Source: Clostridia bacterium
Lineage (GTDB): Bacteria > Bacillota > Clostridia > Christensenellales > Borkfalkiaceae
Length of the DNA stretch: 64,000 nt
Direction: 5' to 3'
NCBI GenBank assembly: GCA_017626305.1
Contig: JAGAIW010000181.1
Coordinates: 4,283 to 68,282 of the forward strand
Part shown: positions 52,257 through 59,345 of the stretch, one piece after another
How positions within the stretch are numbered: position 1 is the stretch's first letter
Layout: each line of letters starts with the position of its first letter
The notes under the pieces: model-generated
What the model was told of the DNA's origin: nothing
Seen by the model: the letters and a program-made list of their open reading frames with translations, nothing else
Database searches by the model: none
Made by a program: the position numbers and the translations under genes

Positions 52257-54023
52257 TCAATCGGCGAATTTTTCTTTCGCCGCATACGTGGTATGCAGTA
52301 ATTCGTGCGCCTTGTGCGAATTCGGTTCGCCTAAATACGTTTCGTAAAGCTCTACGATTTGCGGATTTTTATGCGAAGCGCGAAGAGCTTTGGACGCATC
52401 TGCGCGATACAACGCTGCTGCACGTTTTTGTTTGAACGTATCCAAAATATCGTTGTCTTCGTTGGGCAAGAAACAAGGTTTTACGTACGGCTGACCGCCG
52501 CCTGCGATACAACCGCCGGGACAACCCATGATTTCGATAAAGTGATATTCGCTCTTGCCGTCGCGAATTTGGTCTAAAAGCACCTTGGCGTGTTTCATGC
52601 CGTGCGCAACGGCAACTTTCACCGTCGTACCTGCAAAGGTATAGCTGGCTTCCTTGATGCCGTCAAAGCCGCGTACTTCTTGCAATTCCACGTGTGCAAG
52701 CTCTTCACCCGTAAGCTTGTATGCCGCCGTACGGAGCGCCGCTTCCATAACGCCGCCCGTTGCGCCGAAGATGACGCCTGCGCCCGTGTATTCTCCAACG
52801 ATATCGTTGTCAAATTCTTCGTCGGGCAGTTTAACAAAGTTAATCCCCGAACGTTTGATGAGCTTACCAAGCTCTCTCGTCGTGAGTACGGCGTCTACGT
52901 CTTTCAAGCCGTTTACCGAGAGTTCGGGTCTGTCTTTTTCGTACTTTTTCGCCGTACAAGGCATGATAGATACGACAAACATATCCTTCGGGTCAATGCC
53001 GTTTTTCTCTGCATAGTAGCTCTTCAAAATCGCGCCGAACATTTCGTGGGGAGATTTACAGGACGAAAGGTGGGGGAGAAGGTCACCGTAGTTGTATTCG
53101 GCATAGTTTACCCAACCGGGGGAACAAGACGTAATCATAGGCAAAACGCCGCCGTTTTGAATACGGCTTAAAAGCTCGGTCGCTTCTTCCATAATGGTAA
53201 GGTCAGCGCCAAAGTTCGTGTCAAATACCTTTTTAAACCCAAGGCGTTTGAGCGCGGCGACCATTTTGCCCGTAACCAAAGTGCCGATAGGCATATCAAA
53301 TTCTTCGCCAAGCGCGGCGCGTACGGCAGGAGCGGTTTGCACGACTACGTACTTTCCTGCCTTCATAGCTGCGTCAACCTTGTCGATTTCAGAAACTTCC
53401 ATTAAAGCGCCCGTAGGGCAAACGCTGACGCATTGTCCGCAAAGGATACAAGGGGATTTTTCAAAACTTCTATTTTCCGCAGGCGCAACAATGGTATTAA
53501 AGCCGCGCTTTTCAAAGCCGAGAATACCCAACCCGTGCGCATTTTTACATCTAGCCACGCAACGCCCGCAAAGAATACATTTAGACGTATCACGCATGAT
53601 AGACGGAGTAAGCTTATCCACCGTAACGGGAGTTTGTTCGCCTTGATACATATCGTCCCTTGCGCCTGTGATTTTGGCTACGTGTAACAATTCGCATTTG
53701 CCGTTTTTATCGCATTGTTGACAGTTTTTGTTATGGTTGGAAAGGAGCAGCTCTACCGACGTTCTTCTTGCCGCCGTTGCTTTGGGGGAAGAAATGGTGA
53801 TTTCCATGCCTTCCGCAACGGGATATACGCAGGACGCTACCAAGCCCCTTGCGCCCGTAGCTTCTACTAAACATACACGGCACGAGCCTTGCGAACATTC
53901 GCCGTGGTTATAAGCGCAAAGAGAAGGGATTTCAAACCCGCAAGCTTTCGCTGCTTGCAAAATCGTTTGACCTGCTTCTACTTCAAAGGGGATACCTTCT
54001 ATTTTAATATTGATTTTAGCCAT
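52257..54023 (-). CDS. hydA: [FeFe]-hydrogenase catalytic subunit (HydA of a trimeric HydABC/Hnd-type enzyme)
   Basis: 588-aa ORF. N-terminal 2Fe-2S ferredoxin-like domain (IPSLCAYNHGECSQGSCRVCLVE), a His/Cys cluster region, and 2x[4Fe-4S] (CILCGRCVARC, CILCGQCVSVCP). H-cluster motifs are ITSCSPGW (variant L1), MPCTAKKYE (L2) and EIMGCPGGCIAGGGQP (L3). The C-terminus resembles the small-subunit-like domain. Confidence 0.92.
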   Translation of the reverse strand: MAKINIKIEGIPFEVEAGQTILQAAKACGFEIPSLCAYNHGECSQGSCRVCLVEATGARGLVASCVYPVAEGMEITISSPKATAARRTSVELLLSNHNKNCQQCDKNGKCELLHVAKITGARDDMYQGEQTPVTVDKLTPSIMRDTSKCILCGRCVARCKNAHGLGILGFEKRGFNTIVAPAENRSFEKSPCILCGQCVSVCPTGALMEVSEIDKVDAAMKAGKYVVVQTAPAVRAALGEEFDMPIGTLVTGKMVAALKRLGFKKVFDTNFGADLTIMEEATELLSRIQNGGVLPMITSCSPGWVNYAEYNYGDLLPHLSSCKSPHEMFGAILKSYYAEKNGIDPKDMFVVSIMPCTAKKYEKDRPELSVNGLKDVDAVLTTRELGKLIKRSGINFVKLPDEEFDNDIVGEYTGAGVIFGATGGVMEAALRTAAYKLTGEELAHVELQEVRGFDGIKEASYTFAGTTVKVAVAHGMKHAKVLLDQIRDGKSEYHFIEIMGCPGGCIAGGGQPYVKPCFLPNEDNDILDTFKQKRAAALYRADASKALRASHKNPQIVELYETYLGEPNSHKAHELLHTTYAAKEKFAD

Positions 54024-54038
54024 AGTTCCCGTCTCCTT

Positions 54039-55922
54039 TTACTTTTTGATAATTGCCTTAAACTTACACGTAGCGATACACATACCACACTTAATACACT
54101 TGTCTTGGTCAATGGTGTATGCAGGCAGTTTCTTACCGGGCGCAACGTAATCGGTCTTGACAAACGCATTGACAGGGCAAGCTCTTGCGCAAACGCCGCA
54201 ACCGAAACACTTATCCTTTTCAATGGTATATTGCATCAAATTCTTACAAATATGCGCGGGGCACTTCTTGTCCACGATATGCGCCACGTATTCGTCGCGG
54301 AAATGCTTTAACGTGGAAAGTACGGGGTTGGGTGCGGTTTGACCCAGGCCGCAAAGAGAGTTGCTACGGATATTTTCCGCCAAGTCTTCAAGTTCGGCAA
54401 GGTCGTCCATGGTCGCTTTGCCGTCCGTAATTCTCGTCAAAATTTCCAACATTCTCTTCGTACCGATACGGCAGGGCGTACACTTTCCGCACGACTCGTC
54501 GCAAATAAATTCCATATAGAACTTCGCAACGTCAACCATACAGTTGTCTTCGTCCATGACGATTGCGCCGCCTGAACCCATCATAGAGCCCTTTGCTACG
54601 AGATTGTCAAAGTCGATAGGCGTATCCAAATCTTCCGCCGTCAAACAGCCGCCCGAAGGCCCGCCCGTTTGAATGGCTTTGAACTTTTTATCGTTGGGAA
54701 TACCGCCGCCGATATCATAGATGAGCTCGCGCAAGGTCGTACCCATGGGAATTTCTACAAGCCCGACGTTGTTGATTTTACCGCCAAGCGCAAATACTTT
54801 CGTGCCTTTTGAGCGTTCCGTGCCGTGGCAAGAGAATTTTTCCTTGCCTTCGCGGAGAATATACGGCACGCAAGCCAACGTTTCTACGTTGTTGATAATG
54901 GTAGGCTTATTCCAAAGCCCCTTTACCGCAGGGAACGGGGGACGGGGACGGGGCATACCGCGCTGTCCTTCAATGGAATTAAGGAGCGCCGTTTCTTCGC
55001 CGCAAACGAATGCGCCTGCGCCCAAACGGATATGTACGCGGAAGGAAAAGTCCGTGCCTAAAATGTTGTCGCCAAGCAGTCCCAGTTCTTCCGCTTGTTG
55101 AATGGCAAGCTTTAATCTATTGACGGCGATAGGATACTCCGCGCGCACGTAGAAATAACCGTTTTGCGCGCCGATTGCATAGCCTGCGATCATCATACCT
55201 TCGATAACGGCAAGGGGATTGCCTTCCAAAATCGAACGGTCCATAAACGCGCCGGGGTCGCCTTCGTCGCCGTTACATACGACGTACTTTTCGCCTTCGG
55301 GCTGCGCGTAGGCAAACTGCCATTTTCTACCCGACGGGAAACCGCCGCCGCCGCGACCGCGAAGTCCCGATTCTAAAACTTCTTTAATGACGTCTTCACG
55401 GGGCATTTGCAGCGCTTTGGCAAGCCCTTGGAACGCGCCTGCGCCCAAGCTTTCGTTGATATTTTCAGGGTCGATACTGCCACAGCCGTGCAGGGCGATA
55501 CGCACCTGTTTTTTATAGAAATTGATATCGTCTTGCTTGGTAACCTTTTCTTCGGTGTTGGGGTCGACGTATAAAAGTCTGTCGATAACTTCGCCGCCCA
55601 AGATATCCTTTTCAAAAATTTCCGCAACGTCTTCCATGGTAACCAAACGATACAAGGTATCTTCGGGATAGATTTTTACGAACGGACCTTGCGAACAGAA
55701 CCCAAAGCAACCAACTTGGTTGACGGTAACCTTATCGGCAACGCCGCGTTCTTCTACCAAACGTTTGAATTCCGCAGTAATCTCGTCCGACCTTGAAGAA
55801 ATGCAGCCCGTACCGCCGCAAAGGACGATATGGCGTTTGTTGTCGTTGCCCGTGAATTTTGCGCTAAGACAAGCAGCGCATTTTTCGCTCATTTGATTGA
55901 GCTCATGAAAATTTTTAATCAT
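54039..55922 (-). CDS. hydB: NuoF-like flavoprotein subunit of the hydrogenase (NAD(P)H-binding, FMN, Fe-S)
   Basis: 627-aa ORF. N-terminal thioredoxin-like 2Fe-2S domain (LCGGTGC...GCFGFCSQGP). FMN/NADH site RGRGGGGFPSGRKW. SCGKCTPCRIG. C-terminal 2x[4Fe-4S] (CFGCGVCARACP, CIKCGMCIATC). Confidence 0.92.
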   Translation of the reverse strand: MIKNFHELNQMSEKCAACLSAKFTGNDNKRHIVLCGGTGCISSRSDEITAEFKRLVEERGVADKVTVNQVGCFGFCSQGPFVKIYPEDTLYRLVTMEDVAEIFEKDILGGEVIDRLLYVDPNTEEKVTKQDDINFYKKQVRIALHGCGSIDPENINESLGAGAFQGLAKALQMPREDVIKEVLESGLRGRGGGGFPSGRKWQFAYAQPEGEKYVVCNGDEGDPGAFMDRSILEGNPLAVIEGMMIAGYAIGAQNGYFYVRAEYPIAVNRLKLAIQQAEELGLLGDNILGTDFSFRVHIRLGAGAFVCGEETALLNSIEGQRGMPRPRPPFPAVKGLWNKPTIINNVETLACVPYILREGKEKFSCHGTERSKGTKVFALGGKINNVGLVEIPMGTTLRELIYDIGGGIPNDKKFKAIQTGGPSGGCLTAEDLDTPIDFDNLVAKGSMMGSGGAIVMDEDNCMVDVAKFYMEFICDESCGKCTPCRIGTKRMLEILTRITDGKATMDDLAELEDLAENIRSNSLCGLGQTAPNPVLSTLKHFRDEYVAHIVDKKCPAHICKNLMQYTIEKDKCFGCGVCARACPVNAFVKTDYVAPGKKLPAYTIDQDKCIKCGMCIATCKFKAIIKK

Positions 55923-56410
55923 TACGCGTTTGCCTCCATTGTTTTGTATTCTTCGACGATTTTCGGAACGGCGTCCACGGTGAGCTTGGGATAAACCTTA
56001 CCGTTAATGGTAACGGCAGGAGCAATACCGCACGCGCCGATACAACGGAGTGCGTCTAAGGTAAATAAACCGTCTTTGGACGTTTCGCCCGGCTTAATAC
56101 CTATAATATCCGAAAATTTATCCAAAATTTGCTGCGCACCTTTTACGTAGCACGCCGTACCCAAACATACGCCGATAACGTACTTTCCCTTGGGAGTAAG
56201 GGAGAAAAAGGAATAAAAAGTAACCACGCCGTAAATTTCAGCAACGGAAATCCCCGTGCGCTCGGAAACAAGCTCCTGTACTTCCAAAGGAATATAACCG
56301 TATTCCTTTTGGATATCGCTTAAAATCATCATAAGCGGCGTTTTATCGTTCACGTATCTGTCGCAAATTTCGTGAATCTTTTTTACAGCCGCGGCCTGCA
56401 AATGGGACAT
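55922..56410 (-). CDS. hydC: NuoE-like 2Fe-2S subunit of the hydrogenase
   Basis: 162-aa ORF with GVCLGTACYVKG ... LRCIGACGIAP (thioredoxin-like 2Fe-2S). TAATG overlap with the hydB start. Confidence 0.9.
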   Translation of the reverse strand: MSHLQAAAVKKIHEICDRYVNDKTPLMMILSDIQKEYGYIPLEVQELVSERTGISVAEIYGVVTFYSFFSLTPKGKYVIGVCLGTACYVKGAQQILDKFSDIIGIKPGETSKDGLFTLDALRCIGACGIAPAVTINGKVYPKLTVDAVPKIVEEYKTMEANA

Positions 56411-56455
56411 AGCAATCTCCTTATAGTAAAATTATCGTATGAGACATACGTATTT

Positions 56456-56484
56456 ATTATATCACAAAATTATGCTAAGGACAA
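56456..56484 (-). promoter_or_regulatory. SigA-type promoter (extended -10) of hydCBA
   Basis: On the minus strand: TTGTCC (56484-56479), 17 nt, TGaTATAAT (-10 hexamer 56461-56456). The palindrome CGTATGagaCATACG (56436-56450) lies at the expected transcription start. Confidence 0.5.
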
Positions 56485-56684
56485 ATAAATGACGCGCCTT
56501 AAAAACATTTTCCATTCGCTAAATCGATAATTTTTTATCTTATCAAAAAACGTATTTGGAAAAGATAAAAGCAGGGGAGCAAACGGCAATCTTCACCATG
56601 TTTTTTCGGATAGGCATTTACGCAATAGGATAAGCTTTGGGATAATTTGAGCATAAAATAATATGTTTATTGCCGAAAGTGTTA

Positions 56685-56713
56685 TTGACAATACGGGTTG
56701 GGTGTATTAAAAT
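56685..56713 (+). promoter_or_regulatory. SigA-type promoter of the 772-aa gene
   Basis: TTGACA (56685-56690), 17 nt, TAAAAT (56708-56713), 48 nt upstream of the ATG at 56762. Confidence 0.55.
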
Positions 56714-56761
56714 AGAGAAAAAATATATGATAAAGCCATACGTCATAATAGGAGATAGAAA

Positions 56762-59080
56762 ATGAAAAAACTTGCAAGTAAAAAGCTTTTTGCTCGGTTG
56801 TTGGCAGGGATAATGCTTTTTAGCACGTTGCCTACGCTTGCGCATAAAAATGCGCTTGCCGAAAGTAGCGTTATCGCGCCGCAGGGGGCGACGGTTGGCA
56901 AAACCGTGTATGAGAATGATTTTACTTCTTCGCTTACAGGTTTGACGACGAAAGGGGTATGCGCGGGATTTAGCTGGAACGCCGACGTCGGTACGGCGGA
57001 ATGGCTTACCGAGCAAGACGCGTTACAAATACAAGCGTATAGCGGTATGAAAGCGGTTGCGTTGCCTGCGGTTGGCTTGACGGATTACGTATTTACGGCA
57101 GAAGTAAAGGTGCTTAGCGAAAGCGGTTCGTTTGGGCTTTTGACGGACATAAAAAACCCCGCGGCGGAAGCGCTTGGCGCGACGCATTACGGCGTGTACG
57201 TAAACGAAGGGAGCGATTACGGCGTATTTCAATATAATCGTCTAGGGGAGAATTACGAAAACCAACAATATGCAAACCCCGTCCGCGAACTTGGGTATAG
57301 CGTTTCCACGGGGAATACGTATACGCTTAGCGTATACACTCTTGCAGGTACGTCGTATTTTTACGTTGACGGTGTAAACGTATTATCTTGTAATGCGCAT
57401 TATTTTGGTGCGGAAGGCTATGACGTCGTAGGCGTTTATGCTTGCGCTTCTAACGTTTTGATTTCAAGTGTAAGCGTAAAAGAGTTAAAAGGAGTGACGA
57501 ATGCGTTTGGAATAGACGGCGCAACGGTACGGTATGCGGACGCGGACGGCTATACGACGGGCGCAAAATCGTTCGGGTTAAGATTTAACGCCTTTATCGA
57601 TAAACAGTCAAACGTTTATAAATCGGCTGTGCCAAGCGGTACGTACGATACGTCTTCACCGAACGTTCAATTCGGAGCGATTTTATTGCCGACCGATTTA
57701 ATTCCCGAAAACGGCATTTTAACCAAGGAAACGCCGAAAGCGCTGGACGTACCGATGGATAAAATAGCGACGCAAACGCAAAACGAACTGCGTTTTTACG
57801 TTTCCCTTTTGAATATTCCCAAAAAAGATTACCATAGAGAATATTCCGTGCGCGTGTATATGAAGGTTCGTAACGGCGACGCTTGGGAATATACGTATGC
57901 AAGCGATATTTTCTCCCGTAGCATGGTGCGCGTAGGCAGTACGTATTATAACGACGCGGATGATGCGGTGCGAGCGCGTTTGGATAAAGAATTTGAGAAT
58001 ACGCAAGGGTATTACGGAAAAAATGCAAACACGGTCACGTTTTCCTTGTTTGCCGACTTCCATTATAGAAACGGTTTCTATATGTCTTCCGTAAAGGATA
58101 TGGAAAACATTATGGAAAAAGCGCATAAAAACGACGTAGATTTTGTCGTTCAGCTTGGCGATTTTTGCGACGATTACGTAGGCTCGCCCGAAATCACCAA
58201 AGCGTATAAAGAAAATAAATACGACTTATCCGTGTTCGGCGTTTACGGCAATCATGAATTGCAAGGCGTAGGGGCTACCATGTCCTACGTAACGCCCGCT
58301 ATGACCAACCGTGCAGATAAGGTCGTTTGGGGTACTTCGGACGGTAAAATCGGCGACGGGAGTATTGCCTATTATTATTTTGATATAAACGGTATTCGTA
58401 TGATTTTCTTGGACACCAACTACGGTTGGCATACGGAAAGACAAACGTGGGTACATAGAGAATCGCTTACGTTTAATCAAACGTACGGTAGCGGTGCTGT
58501 CACGCAAGAAAATGCGTTGGGCGCAAAGCAGCGTTCTTGGCTGAAAAACGTAATCGACGACGCGGTGGATAGAGAAATGTCTTGCGTCCTTTTCTCTCAC
58601 CACGCATTATCGGGCGCGTTATCCCAACCGCCCGCCGACGCGGTGGAAGTTCGTCAAATCTTAAACGACGCAAATGCAAAACGCGCAGGAACGGTGCTTG
58701 CCGTATTGAACGGACATTTGCACTCCGATCATTTCGTATACCAAGATAACATTTTGTATTTTGACGTAAACACCGTTCGCAATGGTACGTATATAGACGA
58801 AAAGAACGTGACCTACGGAGACGTCACGTTTGAAAGGGAATTTTACGACGACAACGGTAATTTAATTAAAAAAGAGAACGTAAAAGTTGATTCCTTGAAC
58901 GGCGCAGATCAAACGAATTTCTATGCCGATCCGCTTAGCGCTATCGTTACTATTTCCGATTCGGGCAGAATTGTGATTGAAGGCATGCAAACTGGATGGT
59001 ATGGCGGCGTATTGCCGGCTAAAAATAAATCGCCTTGGATATCGAACGGCGTGTTTGATATTCCCGTAAGCTACCATTAA
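56762..59080 (+). CDS. secreted protein: LamG/concanavalin-like N-terminal domain + C-terminal calcineurin-like metallophosphoesterase domain
   Basis: 772-aa ORF with a Sec-type signal peptide (MKKLASKKLFARLLAGIMLFSTLPTLAHKNALA). Metallophosphoesterase motifs appear in order: FADFHY (DxH), QLGDFCDD (GD), YGNHE (GNHE), FSHHAL, NGHLHSD (GHxH). The N-terminal lectin-like fold call is tentative. Confidence 0.8.
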   Translation: MKKLASKKLFARLLAGIMLFSTLPTLAHKNALAESSVIAPQGATVGKTVYENDFTSSLTGLTTKGVCAGFSWNADVGTAEWLTEQDALQIQAYSGMKAVALPAVGLTDYVFTAEVKVLSESGSFGLLTDIKNPAAEALGATHYGVYVNEGSDYGVFQYNRLGENYENQQYANPVRELGYSVSTGNTYTLSVYTLAGTSYFYVDGVNVLSCNAHYFGAEGYDVVGVYACASNVLISSVSVKELKGVTNAFGIDGATVRYADADGYTTGAKSFGLRFNAFIDKQSNVYKSAVPSGTYDTSSPNVQFGAILLPTDLIPENGILTKETPKALDVPMDKIATQTQNELRFYVSLLNIPKKDYHREYSVRVYMKVRNGDAWEYTYASDIFSRSMVRVGSTYYNDADDAVRARLDKEFENTQGYYGKNANTVTFSLFADFHYRNGFYMSSVKDMENIMEKAHKNDVDFVVQLGDFCDDYVGSPEITKAYKENKYDLSVFGVYGNHELQGVGATMSYVTPAMTNRADKVVWGTSDGKIGDGSIAYYYFDINGIRMIFLDTNYGWHTERQTWVHRESLTFNQTYGSGAVTQENALGAKQRSWLKNVIDDAVDREMSCVLFSHHALSGALSQPPADAVEVRQILNDANAKRAGTVLAVLNGHLHSDHFVYQDNILYFDVNTVRNGTYIDEKNVTYGDVTFEREFYDDNGNLIKKENVKVDSLNGADQTNFYADPLSAIVTISDSGRIVIEGMQTGWYGGVLPAKNKSPWISNGVFDIPVSYH

Positions 59081-59099
59081 GGAAAAGGGGAAAAGAAAA

Positions 59100-59333
59100 A
59101 TGAAAAAATTAACGATAATGTTGCTTATAGCAATACTTGCGGCAACTTTGCTGTGCGCTTGCGGGCAAGGCGCGCAATCGTCTAGCGAAACGAATAGTGA
59201 AAGCTCGATTTCTTTCGTTTCTTCGGATTCTTCTACTTCGTCCACTTCTTCGGAAGAAAGGGCTGAACCTGAGTTTCCCGACAACGGTTTTGACGTGGAT
59301 AACGAAGGCGTTCATCCTGAAATTTGGGGTTAA
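59100..59333 (+). CDS. small Ser-rich lipoprotein
   Basis: 77-aa ORF with a purine-rich SD. Lipobox ATLLCA|CGQ, then the Ser-rich linker SSSETNSESSISFVSSDSSTSSTSSE. Confidence 0.6.
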   Translation: MKKLTIMLLIAILAATLLCACGQGAQSSSETNSESSISFVSSDSSTSSTSSEERAEPEFPDNGFDVDNEGVHPEIWG

Positions 59334-59345
59334 TAAGGGGGACTT

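Noticed and set aside
52232-52435. 67-aa plus-strand ORF between the convergent operons, overlapping the 3' end of hydA.
   Set aside because: It starts inside the terminator hairpin, overlaps hydA on the antisense strand, and has no SD.
52590-55101. Plus-strand ORFs (52590-53171, 53194-53646, 53889-54311, 54721-55101 and others) overlapping hydA and hydB.
   Set aside because: They are antisense to Fe-S and H-cluster motif-bearing genes and have low-complexity translations.
56456-56475. Possible Rex (redox repressor) operator upstream of the hydrogenase operon, seen as TTGTGA within ...TTTTGTGATATAAT...
   Set aside because: Only one half-site resembling TTGTGAA is present. The partner TTCACAA half is missing at the expected spacing. 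I kept only the neutral note about the CGTATGagaCATACG palindrome.
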